A program made the translations under genes and the position numbers. DNA of 64,000 nt from Phyllobates terribilis (lineage: Eukaryota): the NCBI RefSeq assembly GCF_046119375.1, contig NW_027362768.1, positions 363,010,001 to 363,074,000 on the forward strand. The letters run 5' to 3'. The notes beneath the pieces were generated by a model. It did not search any database. It was not told the origin of the DNA and saw only the letters and a list, made by a program, of their open reading frames with translations. This document shows positions 15,401-27,442 of this stretch, in pieces. Positions within the stretch are counted from its first letter, which is position 1. Each line of letters opens with the position of its first letter.

Positions 15401-16219
15401 CACCTTCCAACAAGACAATGACCCTAAGCACACAGCTAAAATAACAAAGGAGAGGCTTCAGAACAACTCTGTGACCATTCTTGACTGGCCCAGCCAGAGC
15501 CCTGACCTAAACCCAATTGAGCATCTCTGGAGAGACCTGAAAATGGCTGTCCACCATCCAACCTGACGGAACTGGAGAGGATCTGCAAGGAAGAATGGCA
15601 GAGGATCCCCAAATCCAGGTGTGAAAAACTTGTTGCATCATTCCCAAGAAGACTCATGGCTGTACTAGCTCAAAAGGGGGCTTCTACTCAATACTGAGCT
15701 AAGGGTCTGAATACTTATGACCATGTGATATTTCAGTTTTTCTTTTTTAATAAATTTGCAAAAATTTCTACATTTCTGTTATTTTTCAGACAAGATGGGG
15801 TGCAGAGTGTACTTTAATGAGAAAAAAATGAACTTTTTAGAATTTACCAAATGGCTGCAATGAAACAGAGTGAAACATTTAAAGGGGTCTGAATACTTTC
15901 CGTACCCACTGTAAGTCAGGATCAGTACATGATAAATAATTTATTTTTTAAGTGGATTTTGTGTTACTCTAAGAAACTATTTTCCGTTTTACCCTAGAAA
16001 ACCGGCCTGCCTCCCAAGCGCCTTGCTTCCCAGGTTGGATTCATTGCCTGGATTGAGTCCTTCTCTCATCAGCCTCGCTCATTAAAACACCTGAGCCGTC
16101 TGCGAATACGATCCAGTCTGGGGCCCCAGCGCCTCCGAGCAGTGAGGACCTTTAACTTGCCACAATCACTGAAGTGCTATCTTATGTTGGAGGACCTGGT
16201 CCTGCAGGAGCCGGTGTGA
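12469..16219 (+). CDS. Ankyrin repeat and SOCS box (ASB-type) protein, 237 aa, 4 coding exons
   Basis: Exons 12469-12637, 12812-13005, 13737-13865 and 15998-16219 have GT-AG junctions and consistent phases (1,0,0). Ankyrin repeats: [33 protein letters not shown]-terminal SOCS box: [13 protein letters not shown]...LPQSLKCYL. An in-frame TGA at 12454 precedes the ATG. The paralog number is not assignable. Confidence 0.9.
13158..13640. mobile_element. T2-type MITE forming a long inverted repeat (~210-bp arms) in ASB intron 2
   Basis: Left end TTAA-AGAGGACCTGTCAC. 13195-13405 is the approximate reverse complement of 13425-13640 (for example CAGAGATATTCACATTTG / CAAATGTGAATATCTCTG). Confidence 0.75.
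14003..14304. repeat. ~80-bp tandem repeat (GCAGCTCTGGAGTATAATACAGGATGTAACTCAGGATCAGTA...), about 3.5 copies
   Basis: Directly visible. The last unit is split by the Tc1 insertion and resumes at ~15914. Confidence 0.9.
14305..15911 (+). mobile_element. Near full-length, defective Tc1-family transposon (family A) in ASB intron 3
   Basis: TIR CAGTGGGTACGGAAAGTATTCAGACCCC with TA TSD at 14303-14304 and 15912-15913. Transposase ORF 14556-15368 ends at a premature TAG, and there is a small deletion near 15555. Confidence 0.95.
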
Positions 16220-16869
16220 CATTTGCGGTGTTGTTGTGCGTTATCTCGTGTCCTTGCTCTTCTCCGTTCAGTGGAAAAGTCCTTTCTTGTATCCATTAGT
16301 GGTGAAGTGTCCACAGGCGACACGACAGTGGGGAACAAAGACTCTAAACTCTCGATCTTCGTCAGCTTCCATTTCTTACAGCACCGCGAGTCGGACCCGT
16401 ACGGATAGAAAGTATTTTTTCTTTACTTTATAACATTAATTGTGGCCAATTTGGCAAAAACATCAGATAAAATGTGTCCTGGGGCAGAGAGGTGTCGGGC
16501 GACCATTGTCCCGTTATTATACAAATGCTCCTCTAATGCGATTTCAGGCACAAATGGGCTGAGAATTGAGGCTTTTATTGAGGGGTAATGAACATTTTTG
16601 GATCCGTGAGGTTTGGGAAGGGCAACTATTTTAGCAAAATAGCCCCAAATACGGTAAATAAAAATCCATGTGACTAAACTCCATCAATTATGATCCCAGA
16701 ATAAAAGAGTTTTGAATAAAAACAATTAAATGACAAAATATAACATTCTCATCACAAATGAGGCACGATCAATACTATTATTATTTTATTTTTATTTTTT
16801 TTTAAATAAACATTTTTTTTTATAAATAACTCAGGTTTTCATTTTGGTTTGTGATGATGTCACTATTGC

Positions 16870-17200
16870 AGGAATGATGATGTCATCTGTTATCCTACGG
16901 ATAAGTGATACGTGGCTGATCACTGGGGGTCCGACCATTGGAACCCCCACCAATCCCGAGACTGAGCCTTGTCTGTATGCTGCTCGGATCTTGTGTTGTG
17001 GCTGCAGCGGTGACGTCTTGTTGACAGCGCACATCACCGCTGCAGCCAGTCACTGAACGCCACCGAGCTACTACTATATCACTGCTGCAGCCACAACACC
17101 GAGATCCGAGCAGCAGCGAGGAGCCAGCGCTGGACCCCAAAGACGACGAGTATCTGCTCTGCTAGTTGTATTAGGTATTTTAGAATATTTGAGGTTCACT
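16870..17200. mobile_element. MITE-like element with central inverted repeat
   Basis: TGCTGCTCGGATCTTGTGTTGTGGCTGCAGCGGTGA (~16978-17013) pairs with ~17078-17114. The left part shares the TCC..GGATAAGTGATA...GGGGGTC motif with elements at ~38650-38940 and ~55080-55490. Confidence 0.55.
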
Positions 17201-17464
17201 TTCTTGAAAATGGAAAACCCCATTAATGCCATGTGGACCCTTGGCCGAAAGTTTGCATCAAGGCTCAGGAACTGCAAGTTACAGGATTGACACGGCTCCT
17301 TCACCGGACCACCAATGTCGTCATAGCCTGATGCATAGGATTAGGTCGCCTTGGGCAGCAACTACTGCAAAATTAACAGCATAAATCTACATGAAAAGTT
17401 GCAAATTTTCTTTATGGTTTTGGATAGATTTATTGTATCCTTCTCCCGAGATGTTCTAAAAATC

Positions 17465-18585
17465 TGCATTGTATCAGTTGTTGCATTGTAGCATAGTTGC
17501 ATTGTATCAGTTGTTGCAGTGTAACATAGTTGCATTGTACCAGTTGTTGCAGTGTAACTTAGTTGCATTGTACCAGTTGTTGCAGTGAAACATAGTTGCA
17601 TTGTACCCGTTGTTGAGTTGTAACGTTGTTGCATTGTAACATAGTTGCATTATACCAGTTTTTGCAGTGTGACATAGTTGCATTGTACCAGTTGTTGCAG
17701 TGAAACATAGTTGCATTGTCACATAGTTCTGTTGTATCAGTTGTGTTGTAACGTTGTTGCATTGTAGCGTAGTTGCATTGTACCAGTTGTTGCAGTGTAA
17801 CATAGTTGCATTGTACCAGTTGTTGCAGTGTAACATAGTTGCATTATACCAGTTGTTGCAGTGAAACATAGTTGCATTGTACCAGTTGTTGCATTGTAAC
17901 ATAGTTGCATTATACCAGTTTTTGCAGTGTAACATAGTTGCATTGTACCAGTTGTTGCATTGTACCAGTTGTTGCATTGTGACAGTTGTTGCACTGTGCC
18001 AGTTGTTGCATTGTGCCAGTTGTTGCACTGTACCAGTTGTTGTATTGTAACATAGTTGCATTGTATGAGCTGTTGCATTGTACGAGTTGTTGCATTGTGC
18101 CAGTTGTTGCATTCTGCCAGTTGTTGCATTGTACCAGTTGTTGCATTGTACCAGTTGTTGCATTGTGACAGTTGTTGCACTGTGCCAGTTGTTGCATTGT
18201 GCCAGTTGTTGCACTGTACCAGTTGTTGCATTGTAACATAGTTGCATTGTACGAGTTGATGCATTGTGCCAGTTGTTGCATTGTGCCAGTTGTTGCACTG
18301 TACCAGTTGTTGCATTGTAACATAGTTGCAGTGTACGAGTTGTTGAAGTGTACGAGTTGTTGTATTGTACCAGTTTTTGCATTGTGCCAGTTGCTGCATT
18401 GTACCAGTTGTTGCATTGTGCCAGTTGTTGCATTGTGCCAGTTGTTGCAGTGTACCAGTTGTTATATTGTACCAGTTGTTGCATTGTAACATAGTTGCAT
18501 TATACCAATGGTGGCACTGTACCAGTTGTTGCATTGTACCAGTTGTTGCATTGTACAAGTTCTTACATTGTAACATAGTTGCACA
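17465..18585. repeat. Minisatellite, 16-17 bp units (TTGCATTGTACCAGTTG / GTTGCATTGTAACATA)
   Basis: Tandem copies are directly visible. Confidence 0.95.
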
Positions 18586-19425
18586 GACTTTCCCAGTCTC
18601 CATGTTGGGAGCACAATCCTTAGTCTTCTTGCTGTGTCAAAGTGTTGCAATGTTTTGACATCAGTAGTTTGGGACTGACTGTGTTATTAGGTTCTCTGGA
18701 GAAAGGATATTTATACAGATGAGAAATATCCAAGGCAACAGCATCTCTAGAGATCAATCCTCACTTATGGGTCCATTAAAGCAGTCAGCAGTAGATGCAC
18801 CTGAGCACTTGTCAATGAGAGCAAAGGAGGCGATAAGCGTGCAACTAGGACACATGCATAAAATAGGCGGGCAAAGAAAAAGAGGGCATCGTGCATGGGT
18901 GACCTGCATCTGCAGAGTCATAAATGTTTTGCATTTAATCTTTAATAAGGTCGTCCAGCTTTTTTAAATGCATTTTGGGCTAAGAATCATTTTTTGCAAT
19001 TGAGTTTCTTCAAAAATTTTGCACCGTTTGGCTTTTCCTGCACATTCAACTTTCATATCGTCAAATCAGATGAGAGGAGCTCAGAAAAAAAGACAAAAGC
19101 GAGACCATCAGAAGGAAGTCACTGATGGATTCTCAGTTAACTTATTCTGCAGCCAGTAAATGACAGTGCAACACAGAGACTGTACAGGGGGCAAACGCTG
19201 CCAAATATTTAATTATAGAACTGATTTTTATCCAAATATTAAAAATAATAGTTTCTAAAAGGTGAACAACCCCTTTTAACGCTGGCTTTGAATTTACTGT
19301 CTATGGGGAACCGGATTATCATAGATTGTGCTGCAATAGTAAAGATATCCCACTTTAATTTTTAGTATACTGTATCTGAGAGTTGGAAAAAAAATTCTGA
19401 AAAAGACGCGTACTAAAAGAAGTTG

Positions 19426-21434
19426 TGTAACATACCTGGCGGCATCCTTGCATAGTGGTCCACCTCCCACTGTGCAAGAGCGCGCACTTGATTTCCAGTC
19501 CAGACTGCCACTCTGGCTTCTTTCCATACTGTCTGCTTTGCTCTGCTCTGTCTGCTTAGGGCGACGCCTGCCGAACTTCCTGTTTCTTGTAGCTGCTGCA
19601 AACACACCCCTAATGCATCATCAGCCTATTGCTGTCTGTCACCTGGTATTTAAACTAGCTCCTCCTTGGAATCCTTGCCTGAGCATCTTGTTGTCAGTTG
19701 GCTTCTAGTCACTGATGTGCCAGGTCCTGTCTATGTTTCCTGCCTTGCGGTATCAGTTCCCGTGTCTGAACTGTGTCCTGTCTGTGTACTCTAGCCAGCT
19801 GTCTTTCTGCCTCTTCTGGAGGCTGTATTTCGAGGCCCGTGTGAACACGCTCTTAGCCTGTTCCTTCCGCCCTCTAGGGGCCACATACCTAGATCTGTTG
19901 TCTGTGTCTTTTCCCAGTGTCTGTTCCTGCCCTAACCATCTTCCAGCCTGTTTCCCGTTTCTCTCTACGCCCATATCTTCCCTTTTTCTGCAGAGTCTGA
20001 ACTCGTACCTAACTCCTGCTCGTTGTCACTGTACTTCCGTTTGTGAGTTTGTGGTCCACTCGCTACTTCACTTCAAGTACCCTGTGGGTATCTGGTTCTG
20101 CCTTTCCCTTCCTGTCTGTTCCGTGTGAACAGAGCCCTGTCCCCTCTGCCCTGCCTTGCTCACCGCTCCGGCGGTTTCTGCCCGCTCTGCCTTGTTCACC
20201 GCTCCGGCTTTCCTTGCCTGCTCTGCCTTGCTCACCGCTCCGGCGGTTCTTGCCTGCTCTGCCTTGCTCACCGCTCCGGTGGTTCTTGCCTGCTCTGACC
20301 CTTTGCTCACTGCTCCGGCAGTCTCGCTCTGCTCTGACCCTTTGCTCACTGCTCCGGCAGTCTCACTCTGCTCTGACCCTTTGCTCACTGCTCTGGCAGT
20401 CTCGCTCTGCTCTGACCCTTTGCTCTCTGATCCGGCAGTCTCGCTCTGCTCTGACCCTTTGCTCACTGCTCCGGCAGTCTCGCTCTGCTCTGACCCTTTG
20501 CTCACTGGTCCGGCAGTCTCGCTCTGCTCTGACCCTTTGCTCACTGCTCCGGCAGTCTCGCTCTGCTCTGACCCTTTGCTCACTGCTCCGGCAGTCTGGC
20601 TCTGCTCTGACCCTTTGCTCACTGCTCCGGCAGTCTCGCTCTGCTCTGACCCTTTGCTCACTGCTCCGGAAGTCTCGCTCTGCTCTGACCCTTTGCTCAC
20701 TGCTCCGGCAGTCTCGCTCTGCCCTGACCCTTTGCTCACTGCTCCGGCAGTCCCGTCCTGCTCCACTCTTGCTCACCGCTCCAAGCGGCCTCGTCCTGCT
20801 CTACTCTTGCTCACCACTCCAGGCGGCCTCGCCCTGCTCTACTCTTGCTCACCGCTCCAGGCGGCCTCGTCCTTCTCTACTCTTGCTCACCGCTCCAGGC
20901 AGCCTCGTCCTGCTCTACTCTTGCTCACCGCTCCAGACGGCCTCGTCCTGCTCTACTCTTGCTCACCGCTCCAGGCGGTGTCGTCCTGCTCTACTCTTGC
21001 TCACCGCTCCAGGCGGTTTCGTCTCGCTCTGCTCTTGCTCGCCGCTTCAGGCATCTGCGGTTCTGTTCCTGAGTCCCAGTCTGTACTAGGACCTATGCAC
21101 TCTGTGCTCCAACCTGTCGTACCTGTCAGTACCTCCCTGTTTGCATACCAGTCGTGCTTGCCAGCATCCACCCGTCTGTGTGCCAGCCTAACTTGCCTGT
21201 TCCTGTATTCCCCGGTGTGGGTCAACAGCCGTGTCCGGGGTCTGACCTGGAGTAGCACCTGGTCCCTCTGCTCGGTTCCTCCTTGGTGCACTGGCGTCGT
21301 ATGCCGTCGTGCGACCCTGGTCGGATCGGGTGAATACTTAGTTACGCCCCTCCAGGCATTCACTCTCCGGTACGGTCCAGTGGAATCACTACATATACAC
21401 GCACACGCCAGTCAGTCCGGGCGCGTGCATTACA
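19426..21434. mobile_element. Solo LTR (~2.0 kb, probably Gypsy/Ty3-type) with internal tandem arrays
   Basis: Termini TGTAAC...ATTACA with a perfect 5-bp TSD AGTTG (19421-19425 and 21435-21439). No internal gag/pol. Related 36-, 39- and 38-bp tandem units occupy ~20140-21050. Confidence 0.85.
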
Positions 21435-21924
21435 AGTTGTCACCTCCCTTATCCCCAAAAATAAGGCAAAATAAAGAAAATATGAAATCGGAGTCTGATG
21501 GGAGGAGGGATCCGTATGTCCTAACAGGGCTCTTCAAAAATAGCAGATGGAAGAATCAGACGTGATAACATCCCTGGTATTCGCTACATTGTTGCAAAAT
21601 TAAAAACCCTACTGTATACATGTACTGTATACCTGCATGCACTGGTCGTCCTGTACAAGGGGCTTTTCTGTATAAGGTCACATACACTATTGCTTCCCTG
21701 CTACTTATAGCTGATCATGGGGGTCTCCTATCTGTATCCGCTCCCCCCTCCAGTATATTCCAGGTGGGCAATGAAAAATAGTGGTTGCAGCAAAAGAAAA
21801 ATCAATTATTAAATAACTGCACCATAGGAAAATACTATTACTAATATAGACCTGTGATAGTTCTGGGGTCCTTTTGGAGATTTTGCACTAGGGGCCACTG
21901 CTGGATTTGCAATTTATTCATACA

Positions 21925-21925
21925 C

Positions 21926-21963
<38 letters not shown>
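21925..21963. repeat. (TA)n microsatellite
   Basis: Directly visible. Confidence 0.95.
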
Positions 21964-21966
<3 letters not shown>

Positions 21967-23934
21967 TATATGTATCATACTGATTTGATGTTAATGATAC
22001 GCGGTTGTTTATCAATGTAAGGTGAGGGTCCGAGCAGCCGATTATAGAAAGCAGCGACTATTATTAGCTGCGGGAGGGTAAAGGTTAGCGGAGGGGCAGC
22101 TGGCGGGGAAGGAAATACCCGGGACCGCAGCCTGTACTTAGCACGGATCTGCAGGGAGAGATCTGATATCACACGTCCTGGAGGTCCATAGATACAACAT
22201 GGGAATAAAGTAGGAAAGAGACCCCCAGATAGCAGGTGACGGACCCCAGCTCTGGATCTGACTTTCAGTATATAGACAACGCAGCGGGGTCAGATCCGGG
22301 CGATGCCTAATATTACTGACACACTAGTGGATGAGAGCGGCACACAGTCCTCTGGGCGTAGACCACGCCGCTGCTATGGGCCCTGGGAGAGAGAGGGGCC
22401 CAGGTTTCACTGGCCACATGCCCTTTGCTTAGAAAGTAAGGAACTGACCCCAGACTAATAGAAAGGGGCAACAAACATCGGGCTCAGGGGTTCAAAACCT
22501 GGCCTCATCAAAGAGGGATGAGATTCCTATGGCGCCCCCTCTCTTCTGTCACCGGTAATAATTGTAATATCTTCTGGCAGTGACTGAAAATAGGGGGTCG
22601 TCCTGAGGGTCAGGGGGGCAGGGGGTGACTCTGGATTCTTGGCACCAGACCTCACAACATTTAATTGGCCAACAGAGACAGAAAAGGGCCCCCTGTGCAA
22701 GACCAGTATATGGGCCCTTTGCAGTCCAGTAGTTCTGCTATGACATAAGCCTCTTGCTGCTTTGGAGGTGGTAGTGGCCCCCTTACTTCTTGGGCCCCTA
22801 TGCAGCTGCACCACTGATATGTCCGCCCCTGGTACTACTGCCCCATGTACCTGCAGAGCCTACAGCACCGCTAGAGAAGGGGCAGTATGGACCCAGGTCT
22901 TCCAGAAACTGATATCACTTTGTGAATGGAGAGAATCTGACCGCTCGGACCCCCTCTAATCCTGAGAATGAAGGGGGGCCTAGCAGGTTTAGCGTGACGT
23001 CCAATTCTCTGTATTATTTTTTTCTGCAGTGAATGAAGTTGTAGTAGGTCCTTGCACAGACAAGTGAATAGGGCTCTTCTGTGTAAGAAAGAAAAACAGA
23101 GAAGAGGACATAGCACTAAAACAGCTCTGCCCTCCTTCATTCATAGCATTACTGGGGGTCCCAGAAGTCATCATTTTATAAGATGGGAAAACCCCTTTAA
23201 GAATGTAAGTAAAACCAGTGCGTCTGATCCAATGGAGACCTAATTGCCCTGAGCATGTAGATGAATCAGATTATTCACCTTTCATCATATCCTCAGCTGA
23301 CTGCCGCTCGTTGCCCTGAGCCATCAGCCTAATATGAGCCGAGCCTGGAAATAACTCCAGGAGCATCTGTGCGGTAAGAACCAGAGCCAGGACACTCCGA
23401 CATGACAGCCACATTACCAAACCCATCCATCACACAGCGAGGGTCACACCTGGATGCCAAAATCTAGATTGCATAAAGGTTAGAAGATTCAAAATGCCAA
23501 TTGTCGAATGGGGCAAGGATAGCATGGGACCACACCCAAGAAGAGAGGTCCCATGTCCTCCATGGGAATGGCATTATAGTATACATGAGTAACCACTGCT
23601 CCATACACATCTATGAGGGAGGAGTGGTAAGTGGTCACTTAGGGTTTTGGAGGTGGCAGTGGAGGGAGTGTGATGTGTTCCCATTGTGGTTCCTTAAAAG
23701 GGTTATCTATAGAATTGCACTTATTCTTTATGTGCAGATTAGGTGACAAATCAGTGGGGTTTCGAGTGCAGAGAGACTGCAGTGCGTATGTGTGACCTCA
23801 GCTCCCATAGAGGTGAACAGAGCAGAGCGCACACATGAGCACATGGACACATGACCCCTAGTGATCATACTGTACATTTTTTACTAATCCAACAAAAAAG
23901 TGAATAACACCTTTAAAGAACCTGAGATGGAACA

Positions 23935-25760
23935 TATCATGGTGCCAGAGCGTGTCTCCTTACATGAGGGTTACATCTTGCACCCTTCATGGTGTGGAGC
24001 ATGTCTCCTTACGTGAGGGTTACATCTTGCACCCTTCATGGTGCGGAGCATGTCTCCTTACATGAGGGTTACATCTTGCACATTTCATGGTGCGGAGCAT
24101 GTCTCCTTACATGAGGGTTACATCTTGCACCCTTCATGGTGCGGAGCATGTCTCCTTACATGAGGGTTACATTTTGCACCCTTCATGGTGCGGAGCATGT
24201 CTCCTTACGTGAGGGTTACATCTTGCACCCTTCATGGTGCCAGAGCATGTCTCCTTACGTGAGGGTTACATCTTGCACCCTTCATGGTGTGGAGCATGTC
24301 TCCTTACGTGAGGGTTACATCTTGCACCCTTCATGGTGCGGAGCATGTCTCCTTACGTGAGGGTTACATCTTGCACCCTTCATGGTGCGGAGCATGTCTC
24401 CTTACATGAGGGTTACATCTTGCACTCTTCATGGTGCCAGAGCATGTCTCCTTACGTGAGGGTTACATCTTGCACCCTTCATGGTGCGGAGCATGTCTCC
24501 TTACGTGAGGGTTACATCTTGCACCCTTCATGGTGCGGAGCATGTCTCCTTACGTGAGAGTTACATCTTGCACCCTTCATGGTGCCAGAGCATGTCTCCT
24601 TACGTGAGGGTTACATCTTGCACCCTTCATGGTGCAGAGCATGTCTCCTTACATGAGGGTTACATTTTGCACCCTTCATGGTGCGGAGCATGTCTCCTTA
24701 CATGAGGGTTACATTTTGCACCATTCATGGTGCGGAGCATGTCTCCTTACGTGAGAGTTAAATCTTGCACCCTTCATGGTGCGGAGCATGTCTCCTTACA
24801 TGAGGGTTACATCTTGCACCCTTCATGGTGCGGAGCACGTCTCCTTACATGAGGGTTACATTTTGCACCCTTCATGGTGCGGAGCATGTCTCCTTACATG
24901 AGGGTTACATCTTGCACTCTTCATTGTGCGGAGCATGTCTCCTTACATGAGGGTTACATCTTGCACCCTTCATGGTGTGGAGCATGTCTCCTTACGTGAG
25001 GGTTACATCTTGCACCCTTCATGGTGCGGGAGTGTGTCTCCTTACATGAGGGTTACATCTTGCACATTTCATGGTGCGGAGCATGTCTCCTTACATGAGG
25101 GTTACATTTTGCACCCTTCATGGTGCGGAGCATGTCTCCTTACATGAGGGTTACATCTTGCACCCTTTATGGTGTGGAGCATGTCTCCTTACGTGAGGGT
25201 TACATCTTGCACCCTTCATGGTGTGGAGCATGTCTCCTTACATGAGGGTTACATCTTGCACCCTTCATGGTGCCAGAGCATGTCTCCTTACATGAGGGTT
25301 ACATCTTGCACCCTTCATGGTGCGGAGCATGTCTCCTTACATGAGAGTTACATTTTGCACCCTTCATGGTGCGGAGCATGTCTCCTTACATGAGAGTTAC
25401 ATCTTGCACCCTTCATGGTGCGGAGCATGTCTCCTTACATGAGGGTTACATTTTGCACCCTTCATGGTGCGGAGTATGTCTCCTTACATGAGGGTTACAT
25501 TTTGCACCCTTCATGGTGCGGAGCATGTCTCCTTACATGAGGGTTACATCTTGCACCCTTCATGGTGCCGGAGTGTGTCTCCTTTACATGAGGGTTACAT
25601 CTTGCACCCTTCATGGTGCAGAGCATGTCTCCTTACATGAGGGTTACATTTTGCACCCTTCATGGTGCCGGAGTGTGTCTCCTTACATGAGAGTTACATC
25701 TTGCACCCTTCATGGTGCGGAGCATGTCTCCTTACATGAGGGTTACATCTTGCACCCTCT
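23935..25760. repeat. Satellite-like array, 49-50 bp unit (GGAGCATGTCTCCTTACATGAGGGTTACATCTTGCACCCTTCATGGTGC), about 37 copies
   Basis: Head-to-tail units with no spacers. Confidence 0.97.
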
Positions 25761-26066
25761 TTTGTGCAGGGTGACCCAAAGATAAGTAGCGATTGCGGTC
25801 CCACCTTTGCCCCAAGGGGGGCCCATAATGTCCCTTTCCTCCAGATGGAGAACATTCTAAGATAGTTGGAGGATCTCTAGGACAAGTCACGGTTTTTACT
25901 GGACTGTTTCTCTTAGTGTACTGATCTGTTGCACACATGGTGGCACATTTGCTGCGCGGCACTGACATTGGCATCATTTACCAGCAGGGCTCATTGTGTT
26001 CCATTTTTGGCTATCACATGGATATATATATATAAATGTATGTGCTAAATGTGTCCCTGTCCTCAC

Positions 26067-27203
26067 CTTCCCGACACAAGGGGTGTGCGGTGGAAGAATG
26101 CCCGAGCCCACGTCCTAGTGAACGTCACTGGCTCGGCTCCAACTTGCTTTACTGACACTTTCCTGCGCTGACAACTAATGACTAGATCTTCCATAGCGCT
26201 TGACTTCTGAATATCTTCAATCATTGGTTCTTCGAAGGTCAATGGATAAACCAGGCTTAGTCTCCTCACTGTACACTCTAGACCAGCAGCTGCAATACCT
26301 GTGTGTATGGAGGACACGCCACCATTGCATTTGGAGTAACCTTGAGACAATTATAGCAAGGTGCCCAAAATTCCCTGCAATATGAAAGGATCTACATGGT
26401 TTTCCCCACAAACAGCGCCACTCTTGTCTACATGCCATGGATGGTATTGCAGCTCAATCTCAATTAAAATAAGCACTCAGATTCCAACTTCAACCAGATG
26501 TTTCAAAGGCAGGTAATGGGGTCATACTGCCGCTCTCCCCACTAAATGCCTTCCACCCTTATCTTGACCTCACATCATGAGAATGCAAGAAGGAACGCTT
26601 CTTGGGAGCAGAAAAGGACCAAAATGCCTCTAAAATGTCTGGGAATGTGTAACAAAAAAAATAAATACGAACTGGCAGAGTTCATTCTAAAATATGGATG
26701 AGCTGCAATACCAGATACAGTCAGTGGCCTTGGGTGGCGCTATTTCTTGGAGAAAAAAAAAAGCAGAAAGTAATTTTTTTAAGACTCTACTTTAACCCCT
26801 TTAACACCGTACACTCCAATAAGGCTAATACATTTTAATGGGGTGTGATATCATCAGCAGACCCATAAATCTGTGTATTACAAATAAAAGCAGTTCTAGG
26901 GAAATGGGACTAGCCCCATATGAAAGGGTTAAACAGGTGCAATCATAGGAGGACAGTAACCTGATCGTTCCCCAGCTGTCCCAGTTTTATGACCCCCCCC
27001 CTCCCTTCCCAGTTTTCCCACCAATGGACGATCTAAAGGACCAAACATGATTTGAATCTGATCCCACCTTCTCTTTCCTCACCACATTCCTCCCCGGCTT
27101 TGGAGGAAATCTCTGTCACTAGCCTTTGGTGAACTCCGTGGTCTCTTAATTCCGGCTTTGCCTTTGCTCCTAAAATCCTGGGTCTATTCTCTGCTCCGAG
27201 ACG
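26067..27203 (-). CDS. Two candidate coding exons of an unidentified minus-strand gene
   Basis: Exon 27203-27068 (TTTTATTTTGCAG|...GAAG|GTGGGA; RLGAENRPRI...GEERE) and exon 26298-26067 (CATACACACAG|...GGAAG|GTGAGG; GIAAAGLECTV...HRTPLVSG). Both are stop-free and phase-compatible (1-1). I recognise no domain. Confidence 0.45.
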
Positions 27204-27442
27204 CTGCAAAATAAAAGTAGAAGACGCCAAAAAACAAAAAGGAAACTTCCTACCGGAGCTGCGGAGCTGGGCCTCATACTCATCACCTGCTAATTGTGAG
27301 TCATGAAGAACTGTCATAGGGTTTCTCAGTGGCTGCCCCATAATAGAGGGTTATTAACAAGATGTATTTGTTTTTTTCCAGTGTGGGGGCTTAATGTCTC
27401 AGTTTTGCAACAGTGGTATAAAAAGATCTCTGCTAAATATAA

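Noticed and set aside
17362-18658. Cys/Asn-rich repetitive ORFs
   Set aside because: They come from the 16-17 bp minisatellite.
20043-21565. 348-469 aa ORFs
   Set aside because: They lie in tandem arrays inside the solo LTR and have no gag/pol/env motifs.
22330-22960. GC-rich segment as a hAT element or coding exon
   Set aside because: No matching TIR pair or TSD was found and the ORFs are unrecognisable. It is probably a repeat but I cannot support boundaries.
23935-25760. CRISPR-like array (also considered for 46095-52725)
   Set aside because: Units are contiguous with no unique spacers, there are no cas genes, and the context is eukaryotic.
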